From: the human T2T-CHM13v2.0 reference genome, Homo sapiens
Assembly (NCBI RefSeq): GCF_009914755.1
Contig: NC_060933.1
Direction: 5' to 3' (one strand)
DNA length: 64,000 nt
The notes beneath the pieces were generated by a model. It was not told where the DNA came from. It did not search any database and saw only the letters and a list, made by a program, of their open reading frames with translations. A program made the translations under genes and the position numbers. Below, piece after piece: positions 13,878 to 27,500 of this stretch (its first letter is position 1; each line of letters opens with the position of its first letter).

Positions 13878-16612
13878 TCATACATTTAACCCAACTTAAT
13901 TCAACCCAAATTAATGCTAACTCTTACAATAGACAGACTCCATGATCGAATGAGCTAACACGATCAGGTTGTATTTTCCTCCTTACTCTGTCTTCTCCTT
14001 CCTAAAGCCTTGCCTTTGGACTCCGGGTGGCTGCAGCAGGGAAGGGAGGGGCACAGGAGACAATGTGCTCCGGCTGCCTCAGCTCTGCAGGGGTTCTCGT
14101 CACCTGATGTCCTGTCTCCTTGCCCAGAATGGTGGGCCTGTCCCCTGCCAGGGAGGTTGGGAAACTCTTGCTGTCACCAAAGTTTGTCTTTGTTTTCTAG
14201 TTTTGCAAAGTTTGGCAATGTTTGACAAAGTTTTGCTTTGCCAATGTTTTTACTGGTTTGTCTCTGTTTTTTTTTTTTTTTTTTTACTAATTTGTAAAGG
14301 CTTTTGACGTATTATGGACCATAACCCTTAGTTTTGTCATGGAGGGCTTAAATGTTTCCTCCCACTTTGTTGTTTGTTTTAAAACTCTGTGTTCTCTTTG
14401 ACCCTACACACATGTTTTGGCTTTATGTGTTTCCAGGTAGCAATATTCTGAGAGCTTCTGGATTTTCACGTTCTGCTTAGGGGGGTTGTCCTGTGCCAAG
14501 GTTATGACATCTCCTTCCACATGTTTCTATTAAGTTGATAGTTTTTAAAGCGTATTGATATATTTAACCCAACTGTCATCTGTTTTCGTGTACATTGTGA
14601 GAGTGTGGGGTTTTCAGGGCAGCTCTTTTCACCCTGCTGAATCCCCTGTCACTGGGTCACTGCTGGCCTCTGAGGAACCGGATCCCAGGGTCGTGTTTCC
14701 TGCTCCCCTTGCCTTGCCCTGCATGGCTGCTGGCTGTGATGCCCACTCCTTTCTTGCAGCTCCTTCCTGGGCTTCAACAGAGGCCCTCGACCCTGATTTC
14801 CATCCTTCTGCTGCAACTGCTCTTTCCAAGATCCTCCTTGGCCCCCTCCTGCCACATTACCCTTCTTCCAGCCTAGCTGGGGAGCGCTCCCCGAGAGCCC
14901 TGGAGCCGGCTTCATGCCTCTATCTCCTGCCAGCCACTGTGGTCTGTATGCCACTGGCTAGCCCCCTGCGGGTGCCCGCAAACCTTCCCTTTCTGGACAC
15001 CTGCCTCTTTCTCGTCCCCTCACCGACAGACCCTAGGCACTTCTGGCTTCCCCTCCCATCACAACAGGTCCCCCCCACTCTGGCCGTATGGCTGACCCAG
15101 CCGATCCCTCCTCCCAGCCTAGATCTTGTTTGCAGTGACCTTCCAGCTTCCTCCTACTCAAGGACTCCTGCTCCAGACCACAGAGCTGCCCACGCTTCCC
15201 GCAGCCCGACACCTCATAGCTCCATGGCTTTGCAGGGGCCATGTCTTCTGTGTAGAACTCTTCCTCCAGCTCCCTGTCTGGCAAATTCCTGTTTCCTTGA
15301 CAGCCCAGTTTAATCTACACCCTCTGCAATATCCCCTGACCTGCCAAGTGACTGGGCCTTCCTCCCTGCTGCCTCACAATCCGGCAGAGCCTGCACATGC
15401 TGAGATTGGCCTGGGACTCTGGTGTGCCAGCTCACTGTCAATTGTCAATGAGGCCTTGAGCTCCTGGAGGCCAGAGCCCCAGTCCTCCTGCCCTTGGCTG
15501 CCAGTGCCTGGTGCCTCACAGTGGTGGGGCCTTGATGAGAATAAACCTGTGAAACAGATGGTCTTGGAAGGCGAGGAGGGCAGGGGCTGTCCCTGTATAG
15601 ATCAGGTGGGCCTTGGCAGCATAAGTAAGTAGCCAGCCACCCCAGGCATTGCGGTGGGAGCTCAGGCCTGCACTGCCCTGTCTGTCCATTCAGCTGCAGC
15701 ATCACAACAAGGAGGGTCCACGGCTGGAAGCCTGCCCAGCTTGCTCGAAACTTCTTTTTAAAAGCACGCATTTTGTTCTTCAAATTCCAAAGCCTCACCC
15801 AACCCTGCAAAAACGACGACTCCTAGAACTACCATGCTGTGCACAAGGCCCCCGACACCCCTCAGAGGGAGTGATGACTGCAAAGACATCTTGGGACTGT
15901 GATCTCCTGCGGGGTCAGGCGGACTCTGCCTGTGCGGGCACACACACCGCTGGATGCTTTTCCCTAAGCCCCCGGAGTGAAAGCGATGCTGCACCTCCAC
16001 TGCCTTCCGCAAGCGGTTTCACTTTCCAGGCCCTGAGTGTGGAGTCATCCAGAGGGCTGGCTGCTGGGTCGAAGCACATTCTCTGACCTGGCTGGAGCTC
16101 AGGTCCGGTCACAGGCTGGGTCACCTTGGCCTTTTGTCCTCTCAGCATGGAGTGACTGAGGAGGACCAGCTGTTTTTCAGCCTCAGAGGCTGGCTAGCAG
16201 TGGGGTGCAAGCCCTGTCCCTGATATGGAGAGTTTAGCTGTCCCTTCTCTGTCAGTCCATGTACGTGACATGCAGTCCTCTCCCCACCGGACTTCCTATA
16301 AACCTGGGTTGGCAAAGCATCAACATGTAAGTCGCCACCACTTCCTTCCTCTTGGGCAGCCACCACGAACTCACCTGACAGGCTGTGTCTGAACACAGCC
16401 TCAGAATCCTTCTCAACACTGGAGGAGAACCACCGTGTGAAATGAGCACTGCAGACCGTGTGCACTGCTGGGGCAGTGATGAGACACCTCTGAAGGTGCC
16501 TGTTGTAGCTCGAGGGGAAACCCTGACCATGTCCACAGTGATCATCACGGATGGTTGGCAATGGGGTCAGGGGCACCGTGGGGCTTCTAGTTTAACTCTC
16601 TTCTTTGGAGGA

Positions 16613-16980
16613 TGACATGGTTTGGATCCGTCTCACCACCCAAATCCCATGTCGCACTGTAATCCCCAGTATTGAAGGTGGGACCTGGTAGGAGGCGATT
16701 GGATCACGCGAGTGCTTCTTGTGGTAGTGCTTCTTGGTGCTGCTCTTGTGACAGTGAGCGCTCACGAGATCTGGTTGTTTAAAACCGTGTAAGCCCTGCC
16801 CCCACGCTTTCTTCCTCCTGCTCGCTCGCCCCTTGCCTTCCGCGATGACCGAAAGCTTCCTGAGGCCTCCCCATGCTTCCTGTGCAGCCCGTGGAACCAT
16901 GAACCAATTCAACCTCCTCTCTTTATCAATTACCTAGTCTTGGGTGTTTCTTTATAGCCGTGTGAGAATGAACTAATACA
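16613..16980 (+). mobile_element. MSTA-like solo LTR with 5-bp TSD
   Basis: TGACATGGTTTGGATC...GAACTAATACA; GAGGA at 16608-16612 and 16981-16985. Confidence 0.9.
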
Positions 16981-17919
16981 GAGGACGAGAACACAGAAGC
17001 ACAGAGAAGGTGAGTGATGCCCCATCTGTGTCCAGCATAGCATTCCAAGGCACGCCTTGTGGGCCACTGGGCCCTGTGGAGTGGTGGGGAGCACATGCGC
17101 TGCTTGAGGACACCGCATTCTGAGGCTCCCTCTTAGGGATTGTGTATGTGGTTGATGTTACAGGTTCTAACAAGCATGGCTGTGAGGAGCTGGTTTTGCT
17201 CACAGCACATAGCGCACTATGCATGTGATCATGTGCATTCCCCATGTGGTCCTCCAGTCTCCGGGGAGAAGCCCACACTGGTGATGCTGTGCCTGCTTCC
17301 ACCTGAAAACACTGAGGCTGGCTCAGGTGTCCACAGTTGGCGATGCAAGCAGGAGCAGGGCCAGCTGTTCTCTTTATTTCCATCAGAACCAGAGTGGTAG
17401 AGTATCAGTCACTGACTCCATTGCCCGTGGGGCTGACAAAGCATTTCTGCTGTCAGAATCTCACATTCTTGGGACCAAGCTGAGCGAGATCAGGTTTCCA
17501 GGCATCCACATGCAGTTCCTATAATGAAGACAGAGGATCTCTTTGAGTGGAAAGCAGTTTTCCATCACCAGCATCCCAGAAACAGTACCTGGGATCTATT
17601 AAAGCCTCAGTAGGTATTCATTGAAATTTTAAAAACTCAGTTAAATGCCGGTCTTTGCTAATAATGCCTCTTTGCCCAAGCACATTAGCCCGAGCATGAG
17701 TCCTGCATGTATTGAGGTGTGTGTGAAAGTACATTTGCACACCAATATGTTACTACTGTCAAAACCAGGTAGCATTGTTTTGACAAGGTTGCATGCACCA
17801 GGATGCAGCACAGAGAGCCCATGCCCATGCTGTGTCACCGCTGTGACAGCTTAGTGCTGCTGGAGATGTGGAATGAGCTCATAGAGGGGACTGAAAGTGA
17901 AACAGAGACTCAGGTCCTG

Positions 17920-18400
17920 GTGATGTTGCTGCATACACACCACCCCCATGTAGACATTGAGAACAACCATCGTTTTATTGTATCACCTAATTGTGTGGGT
18001 CAGGAATTTGAACAGTTGTTCTCTTCCCTGCGGAGCTGATGGAGGTTACTTGTGATACCACATCTGGCATGTGGGTTGTTTGGGGAAGTCCAAGACAGAT
18101 TCATCCCCATGCTGGGGCCTTTATGGGGGTAGCCAAGAGGCTGAACTTGGCAGGGGCCATTGACCAGAGCACCCACACGTGTCTCCATCTTGACTGTCTT
18201 GGGGTCTGTGGACTTTCTCCCAGAGGGAGAAGGTTGCAAGAGAGGAGGTGGAAGCTGCCAGGTTTCTGAGTGAGCCTCCGATGTGTGTCTCTCCTGGTAT
18301 GTCCCCTGGAAAAGTGAATGGAGCTAGCCCAGATTCATGGGACTGGGAACTGACTCCACTTCCCTGTGGGAGCAGGAGCAGAGGCTTTGCAGCTACCCTT
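17920..18400 (-). mobile_element. Old MLT1-type LTR
   Basis: GTTGCTGCATA..., TGTGTGGGTCAGGAATTTGAACAG, GGAAGCTGCCAG. Confidence 0.55.
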
Positions 18401-21400
18401 CATCTGTACAGACTGACGGGCCCTGTGATGAATGCAGTGTGCCGTGGAGAAGGGAGAACCAGCCCTCCCCGCTGAGGAGGCTCTGCTGAGCCTGCGTGCT
18501 TGCTTCTCTGCCAGTCCTCTCCTCATTGCTCCGTGGCCTCTCTGCCAACTCCATGCCCCTTAAGGCTGGCCCTTAGCAACAGCATCTGCCTCTCCCTTGC
18601 TTCTCACCCCTGCCCCTCATGCCATGCCTGCTGCACTGCCCTTGTGGACACATCCCTTCATGAGTCCCTCTTCTGTTAACCCTGTGCCCGTGCCATCTGT
18701 TTTCAACATGGGCCTGACCCTGATGGCACATTCAAAAAAAAATCATATCTTTACAATAAAAATGACAAAAATTATATGATCAATTAGTAATAAAATGACA
18801 CATGCTAAAAAGTAACTTGGAAGATTTTCCTTCTTCAGAATGTCTAAGGGGTTTTCAAGGCCCTTTTGGAATTGACAATTATGCAGAAGTGTTTGCTCCA
18901 TCTTATAGACACCAGGCACAAGATTACTCCTGATCTCCAGCGGGAGACCACACATCTGCCCTGCTGCCCAGGTAGCGTGAGGCACTCTGCTCGGCTTGTC
19001 TCCTCGGTGCATTGGGCACACCTTGGGAGGTGTGGCAGAGTGTGGCCAATGGGTGTGTTGGGCACTTTCCATCCACCTTGGGAGGCATGCCATGGGGTGT
19101 GGCTGGCAGGCGGTAGCTTCTGCACCAGACACTCCACATGTGAGACGTGCTACCCACCCCACTTAAGATGCCTGCTATCTGCAGAAAGAGATTCCACTGG
19201 GCAGCCCCCAGAAGAGTAGACTCCAGCATACTGTTGATGGTTAATAAATGCCAGCTCCCCTCTGTGGTCCTGTTGCTTCAGGAGGATGGGTGAGAGGGTC
19301 CAGGCTCACGGGGCTTGCCCTCATATTTTCTTGAAGAAAAACAGACAATTCTGAGTCCTATGTTGGGTGTGGGTGGTGAGGGTGGTGAGGCTGAGTGCAC
19401 GCCGTGTTTCGGGAGGGTTCGAGGTGCCCAGGTTCCATCATGCCTGTATTCAGAGGGCGGCACTGATGATTCTGATTTGATTCTCATCGCAGCCTGCCAG
19501 CAGGGTCATGTGGCTTTGAGCACCTGAAGTGTACAGTGAGGAAATGGAGACAGGGGTGTTACCTCTTGTGCCCAGAGCCCTTGGCTGGCCCAGGGGAGAT
19601 GAGGCTGGTCTGGATCTCCAGTGAGTCCCGGGCCAGGTTGTGCCCACTGAGCTCCTCACTGAGACCCTGATGGACGCGGAGATGTGGGATGGGGGAGGCA
19701 GGCTGGGGAGTGTCCTGGAATGTGGGGAAACCCAGGGGTTGGAAGATGAACCAAGAAGGAAGGAATGAGCATTCTTTCTTGCAGCTCCTCCTGCTCCTCA
19801 TGTCTGCAGATGCCCCTCCAGGTTTCTGCTTCTGCTCTGACCTTTACACCAGGACATTCACATGAACCCATCCCTGCCCCCCTCCCCTCACTGCAGCCGG
19901 CCATGCAAGGTGAAGGGCTGACTTGGACCTCCTTAGTCTGCAATCCTGAAGTGAGGTGCAGGGGTCAGGGGAGGCAAGCCCTGGGGCCAGTGGGTCTAAT
20001 TCAGAGGCATCATGGTGAAGGAAGGGGAAGCTAAGAAGCAGGAGAAGTGGCTTTGTAGTGAGAACAGATGCAGAACAACTCCCTTCTAGGGGAAGCTCAG
20101 GCTTCCTTCTTGGAAGTGAATAAATTGCTTGTATTGACTGTTTCTACCTGAGGGCACCTTCTCTGACAGTGCCCTGACCCAAGGCTGCATGGCCCAGGAG
20201 CCAGTGGACCTGGCTGGTCTTGCTGCCTCCATCTGTGTCATCCCTGTAAGTGTCTCTTCTCTTCAGGCCATGACATTGAAAGGCTTTGGTTCCTCTTCTT
20301 AGCAGTTTCTACTTCTCCAAATATCTGACAAATAAAGGGCCATTGCTCACCCTGGAGGCCGCTCACCCTGGAGGCCGCTGTCCCCTTGACATCACATCCC
20401 CAGGCAGCTCCATGTAGAACTCCACTGTGAAAATGCAGCAGAGAGGCTTTGGCCTCATGCTATGTCATTCCCCTAACACTGGAAAAGACATCTGAGGCCA
20501 CATGAGGCTGGTGAGCAACGGGTCTGTCTGCCCCGACCGGGCAACTCTGGCTTGCCACCCACATAGGACTGGCCACTTCCTGAGAACAGGAGCTCCTCAC
20601 GGCCATATTCAGGGCTGCTGTCTCTCCCTGTGCTAAAAGACTGGGTCTCCGTTATGCCCCTAGGCCTCCTTGAGGTCCTTCTGGCCAAATGCAGAGTCCT
20701 GTTGGCATTGGTGCCATCAGTTAACCATCTCTGCCTCTTTCAAATCCTCTGCGCTCCTCAGCAGGGTGGGGGTGGGGATTGTGGGGTGCGGTCTCTTTCC
20801 TTCCTTTGTCCTTTAGGCCCTCCATGCTCTTGAGGTGCTGGGCACAGGGAGGAGAAAACTGGGTGACCTCCAGAGGGAGAAGGGAGCCCGTGAGTGCCAT
20901 GTCGGGATGGGAGAAGCCAAGCCTCAAGGACAAGAAGCTGAAGGTGCAATTACTAGAATGCTTTGTATACTTGATCCTCTTGTACCAAGACACATGTGGC
21001 CCCCAGACTCATTCATGTATTTGATAGACAACTCTGTCATATGTCCACCAGGGGTTTAGAAAAACCCTGTTGCTTATTCTTGAATGGAATCATCCAAAAA
21101 TGATGGGATATCACTTAGGAAGCATCATGTCTCAGCAAAGCCTTGTGCTCTCTAGAAGGACAATTTTGGGTGCATTAGAGCTCTTTCTGCATTGTTTTCT
21201 TAAAGCTTTCTGTAGTGTTTAGTGATGATATTTGGGAATCAAAGTACATAGTTAATTTGAATTTGCAATAAGAAAAACTTCTAAGAGGTAATACTTTTCT
21301 CCTTTAGCAAGAGAGGCCATGCTCTGCCCATGCACCGGGGGAGGGGCAGAAAGAAGGAAGCTGAGGAGCCTGCAGGAGACTGGCTGATTTCTCACCAGCT

Positions 21401-23679
21401 GAGCCCTCTGGACAGCTTTGTCCAGGGCTTCATCGCTGTGGAGAACAGATCCTGCATGCCTTTTGTCTTCTGTGAGCATCTGCCACTCTGGTATGGCCAC
21501 CAAATGCTCTTCTCCCTGGTGCATGCCAGGGAGCTTTGCGCACAGCATTCCACAGATAGCATGGACTAGGGAACACACCCCAGGTGGACATGTGACAGGC
21601 AGAAGACTTGTGCAGCGTGCTGTTCAGGGCGAGTGTGCAAAGACAGGCCACCTCTTGGGGAGACGGCCCATAGCGCGGAAAGAAGTCATCTTCCTTTCCG
21701 GCCATTCTCTTTTTCTCTACACACGAGCCCTGCAATAGGACTCAGTGGCTGCCGCCTTCAGTCTGGGCTGGGCCACTCCTGCTCTCGAGGGTGGAACACT
21801 GAGATCTAAGGGCCTCTCCCTGTCATGATCCCTGTTTATCCTTCGTTGTGCTAAACACGATGTTTCGATGTTTGTCATTACTAAAGCGCTCTTAAAATTG
21901 CATCTGCACGTCTGAATAGCCTGCTAATGCAGAGCTGCCCTTTGCATTCAACACAGGAACCTGCTTCTGCCTGGCTCTAGGACAACACTTCTTGCTGGGC
22001 TCCTGCCAAGTGCGGCTGGGCTGGGCCTGGAGCGACCAATCCACTGATCCACCAATCCGGAGGGCAGCCCAGGAGGAGCGGGATCTTAGTGGATGGACGC
22101 CCTGCCTGTCTGTGGAATGGCTTCTTCCTGGGGCAACCCCGAGAACAAGAGGGAAAACAGCCTCTCCCCCTCGCCTCCTGCCCTCCTGCAGGCAGCCACC
22201 TCCTCAGCTAATTGAGAACAAAAAGGGACGCAGTTGTGAAATTCAGCCCCCAGCGCCATCATCATCTCCTGCGGGCTCAGGGGGCTCCTCACTGTGTTTA
22301 TTTACAAATCAGCACATGTTGTTTTGGCCACGGCAGCAGACAGTGACCCCAGAGAGGGAGGTCCAGAGCACTACACAAATTGCACAACACAAGCAGGTCA
22401 TCTGTCCCCTTTGCTGAAGATTCCTAAGAAAACAGAGGCAGCTGACTCTCAGGCCATCTGGAAGCCACCCTCAGGGGCCGAGCGCTCGGGGGCGTGTACG
22501 CCAGCCTTGGGGGTGCTATCCGGACACCAACAATGTCACTGCTGCTGCCAGCCTCAGTTTCTCCATCTGTGAAGGGCGCATGGTTGTGGTGGTGGGGCGG
22601 GGGGTGGTGGTCAGCATGCAGTGATTAGCAGCCACCTGGGGTACTCTACCGGGCAGGCGTCTGTGCTGTGTCCTATAGTTTCAGCCGCACGTTCTCTCAT
22701 TTTACAGATGGTAGAGCAGCTGGGTGGCTGCCGATTCTCGCCCTGCCCATGGCTGCCCTGGCCTGTGGCCGAGGCTGTGATGAAGGGCAGCCTGTTCTGT
22801 GCGACGCAGTTAAGCAAGGTGTCCGGTGGGCTGCATTGTGACCGGGTCAGCCAGGCCCTCCTCTTTGTCTTGCTTCTGCTGGCAGAGCTCACAGCGCAGT
22901 TTCTGCATGGAGGCTGCCGGAGTTGCTTCCTGCTCCGTGCTCCCACACCGTTCTTCAGCTGACCAAGTAGTGACAGCAGGACTCCAGGGTTCTGTCCCTG
23001 TGCGGCAAAGCACACACTTTCAGTGCTGCGGTTGATGCTTGAGACGCTCAGTGGGAGGTCATTGCTTGGACTAGGACTACAAGTCCAAGCACAAACGTCC
23101 CCCTGAGGTGTCACCTGGGGTGTTAGGAGTGGGGGATGGGAAGAGGAACAATACTGGGATGGGGTTCTTGAGGAGACTTTCGAAAGGATCTAAGAGGAAC
23201 TGACCTCTCCACCTCCCCCAGACTGTGCACAAAGAAAATGGGCCCAAGAATCCCCAGAACTGGGCTCCGAAATCCTCACTGTCTCCTTGCTGGTCACCAG
23301 CAATTGCTGTGACTCACTCTCCTGGTGCTTCTGTGGGCCATCTGGGCACCTTGGGGAAGTCCCAGGGATCCCCAACAGCACTCCTTTCTCCCTGTATGTT
23401 CTATCCCACTGCCTTCCCAGGCGGGCCTGGAGGGAAGAGCAGTGGCCAGGTGTCTTCAGGGTCCTGCAGGGCTGATGGGAGTGGTTTCTGTGGGTACTGT
23501 GGCTCTCCTGTGTGGGTTTCCTGCCCTGGGCTCTGTGTGTGGGCCTTGATGGGCACTGGGCTGTTCTTCTACCTTGTGGCACCTGGCCCTGTAGAGATGA
23601 CAATTTCTGAAACAGGAGCATTTCCTCTGAATTCCAAGGAACTTTGCTCAAGGGCCAACTTTGCCTTATGCAGGCTGGA

Positions 23680-23850
23680 GCCTGAATGCTCGCTCTGCTA
23701 CCAGCTGTGTGACCTTGTGAAAAGTCCTTAACTTCTCTGGGCCTTACTTTCTCATCGGGATAATATTACAAAAGGCTGCTTGAGAAATGGGATGCTTTCA
23801 GAGATAACATAGAATGAAAGCACCGGGCACAGTAAAATTCAACTGCTATT
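23680..23850. mobile_element. MIR
   Basis: CTACCAGCTGTGTGACCTTG...CTTAACTTCTCTGGGCCTTACTTTCTCATC core. Confidence 0.75.
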
Positions 23851-24848
23851 AGTTCCTTTCTCCCTTATTCAAGAAGGAAGGCAGATGAAAGCAGATTTCA
23901 GGAATGGCAGCTTGGAGAAGAGGAGAGGGAGTGGGGGTCTAGAAGAGGAGAGGCAGTAGGGGCTATGATAATCCTCTGACATTGGCTGAGAGCCAGCAGT
24001 AAGAAAGAGAAACAAGCTGTCCTTCATGTACCCACTGGCTTCTTCCTTGCACCCTCGGGTGCCGAGCTGAGCTGCAGACACCCAGACCTGACAGCCCTTC
24101 CTCCAGAGCTGGCGGTCCAGGTGGGGAGTGACATTTGGCTGATTTCTGATTTTGAAACACAGAAACCAGGAGAGTTGAGTTAAACCAGGTTTACCAATGT
24201 GAGTGGCTTATTGGCTATAGGTGCCCCAGCCAGGTATGGAAGTCCAGAGCTGGAGGGTGTGTGAGCTCCCTGAATGCAGGGCCAGCCCTGGCAGGCGAGC
24301 ACACAGCTAATGGTAATGGATGGCATAGGAATACGGAGCCAAGGTTTCTGGCAAGAAAACAATGAAAAATGCACTATCTCTGAATTTTTCTCTGGGACTC
24401 AGTTGAATTTTAGTGGTCATGACCAGAAATGAAATTCAACCAGTTGACTGATAGTTTTAGAAATGCCTCAGGCTTTATCATCTCAACTCTGGGGAGTGAG
24501 TATCCCAGAAATCTTGGGAGTGTGGGTCACAGCACCTGAATGTTAGTCCTTTACACCTGTAACAGCAGAATCATGGATTCCTGGGTTCCCCTTGCAGAGA
24601 TTCTAGTTGGGTTGGAGCCTGGGAATCTGTATAAAAATACCTCCCCAGATTTGGAACCACTACCATAGACAATTAAGCAAAGAATGAGGTAAGGCATTCT
24701 TTTCTCCAAAATGTAATTTTCTGGGGCCCTGCTAGAGATGTGTCACCTTTCTAGGCCTCTTCTCTGGTGGGAGCTCAGATCCTCCTGAGAAGGGCACGAA
24801 TGAGAGAGACTCTGACCTTTCCCTCTGTCCTTTGCTCTAAAAACACAG

Positions 24849-25303
24849 CCCCGTTTAACCGGACAGAGGATGACTTTCTTCTCTGGAGTGCTCTGGGTCA
24901 CGCTTGGGGACACATGAAGGATACGCCCTCCCTTTCAGGCTCCCATCGCACGTTGAACCTGGCTTGTGAACACAGCCCTCTGGGACACTACTAGGAACAA
25001 AGTGTTCCGGATGCTGCAGAAGCTCAGCTGCCACCTGGAAAACCTGTTTGGCCACTTTAGGTCCAGATGACGGGAGCCAGTCCGGCTCAGGAGAACAGAG
25101 CTGGCCCAGTAACACCTCGCTTCCTCCCTGCTGCAGAGACCTGGGAGGGCCCTGCCCAGCACAGCACACTGGAGTGGCCCTGCGGCAGCATCTGGGCTGC
25201 TGTACCCCTGGTGCCTCCCAGCCCGAGGGGCTCCCGGCAGCTCTGGAGACTCCTGCTGTCACGTCACCTGGCCCCTCACCATCACCATCCTCATCTCTCT
25301 TGG
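24849..25303 (+). ncRNA. Candidate internal lncRNA exon
   Basis: CTGAC branch-like motif ~24812, pyrimidine tract, CACAG acceptor ending 24848 (alternative TTTCAG ending 24938); donors TGG|GTGGGT (25303) and TGG|GTATGT (25307). Confidence 0.45.
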
Positions 25304-25333
25304 GTGGGTATGTCCGCACCATTCCTAGCCTCA

Positions 25334-25635
25334 TTTATTTATTTATTTATTTTTGAGACAGGGTCTTGCTCTGTCACCCAGGCTGGAGTGCAGTGGCACC
25401 ATCTCGGCTTACTGCAACCTCCGCCTCCAGGGGCTCAAGTGATCCTTCCACCTTAGCCTCCTGAGTAGCTGGGACCACAGGTGCACACCACCATGAGCAG
25501 CTAATTGCATTTTTGGTAGAGATGGGGTTTCTCCATGTTGCCCATGGCTGGTCTCGAACACCTGAGCTCAAGTGATCTGCCTCCCTTAGCCTCCCAAAGT
25601 GCTGGGATTACAGGCGTGCACCACCGCACCTGGCC
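25334..25635 (-). mobile_element. Alu (AluJ-like) with (TTTA)n tail
   Basis: GAGACAGGGTCTTGCTCTGTCACCCAGG, GGCTCAAGTGATCC. Confidence 0.95.
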
Positions 25636-27374
25636 TCATTTAAAGACTGAGAAAACCAGATCCCAAGAAATTTGCTCACTATTGAGGATAGCTGTCAGCA
25701 GACACCAGATTTGGGCATCGAGTTAGCAAGCTCTGGCCGTGTGCTTGAGTACTAGCCCAAAAAACATCCCCAGAGTCATTTGTAGAATGAGTTCTTCTTA
25801 CTTACCCTTATTAAAAGACTTAAATGTGCATCAATAGTTCCCACAAAAGCCTAGTGTTACTGTTTTAAATACTGAGTTCGTGAGCCAGTCAAAGATTGGG
25901 GCTTTCGCTGGTTCATTAGCTTGTTTCATGTTTGGAAGGAGACCCACGTTTATGTCCAGAATGTGATATTCTGTCTATGTGCTGATCTTAGCTTGGAAGT
26001 GGTTTGAATAAAGCCAGAAATGCCAGCATATTTAGTTATGAATCCTGGTTTGCAAAGGTGCTGACTTTGGTTGTCCACAAGATCATTGGCCCCATAGCTT
26101 TACCTAACCGTCTTACACAACTGTGGTCTTCTCTGTGGGACTTAGAGGAACATCTGAAGAGAGGAGCAAGAGTGGGTTGGTTGATTACCGACAGGGCAGG
26201 GGCACAGTATCCCATTTGCATACTCATATTCTGGAAGTCAAGGGGCCTCTAGAACAAAGATGTTCAGTACTAAGCAAAGTGGGCGAGAAATGAGGAAAAA
26301 AGGTGCAATGTGCAGGGAGCAGGGCTGGGGCCACTGGCGGGAGAGGAGGCCTCCTGCTTCAGAACCCGGTCATCCAAGTGCAACTCTTTAGAATCCAAAA
26401 CACGTGGACGCAGGGTTGATGGGTAATTTACAGGTTTCGGCCAACATGTGAGGGACTCTCCAGTGCTTTTGAGCTGGCCTGGGGCCCACGCTGCTGGCTG
26501 TGGGAGGCTGGCGTGTCAGAGGCAGAGCTAACCAGTTGCCTGCTTGGATCCCCAGGCACTCAGAACAGGGCTGACCTTTTTTTGTGCATGGCCTGGGTTT
26601 TGTGCTTCTGCACAGGTTTGGCCACACAGTCCAGGGGCTGACAAAGGGGACCCGGAGGGGCCACCAAAGACTCTATGCCTGTGCTGAGGATGGAGTTTAG
26701 GAATCATGGCTGGGCATGGGCGGTGGCAAAGGGCTGGCCCCCACTTACCCTCACTGCAGGGCTGGGTTCTGTTGCCTGCGTCAGCGCTCACCGTGGGAGG
26801 GGGTCTCAAAGGGGCATGCTGGAAATTTGTGGGGGCATTTTTTGGTGGAAACAGTTACCATAGGGACTACTGGCTTTGTGGTCCAGGGCTGAGGACGCTC
26901 AAGGTTCTGCGAAGCAGAGAAAGCCCCACACAGACAGACGGCACTGTGGCTAGTGTCACTCCCTTGGCTTCTCATTTGGGTGGCAGATCTGTGTCTGGGG
27001 ATCTGGTCTGGTCCCATGCCTGTGTTCTGTCAATACCACCCACTTCTCTCATGGCTGTGATAGACACTGGATTTCCCAACACTGCAGCTATGGCATAGAC
27101 TAAGGGAGGATCCAGACTTTGCTTTGCTCCAAGCTTTGCCAAGCTTTGTTCCTAATTTCAGAAAACAGCCCTAGCGAATGCTGGAATTACCAAAGCAAGG
27201 TCCACTGTCTGGCGGAATCCTCAGAAATTTTACCTTAATTTTACCTGAATGCACGCATCTGAGGACTTGATTTGTCATCTAGGGTAGTTGTGCCTAAACA
27301 TTTACTATCAGAATAGATGTTATTGTGTATTATATCTATGTCAGTTTTCTTTGTATTACCATTAAAGCATTACA

Positions 27375-27500
27375 TATATGATCTATCTATTTATCTATCA
27401 TCTATCTGTTATACCATCTATCATCTATCTAATCTATCTATATCATCTTTATTTCTCTATCATCTATCTATCCATCTGTAACATCATCTATCTATCACTT
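27375..27500. repeat. Degenerate (TATC)n
   Basis: Directly visible. Confidence 0.85.

Noticed and set aside
14555-16086. Overlapping 145-252 aa ORFs
   Set aside because: No recognisable domain, composition typical of GC-rich noncoding DNA, probably overlapping L2 relics.
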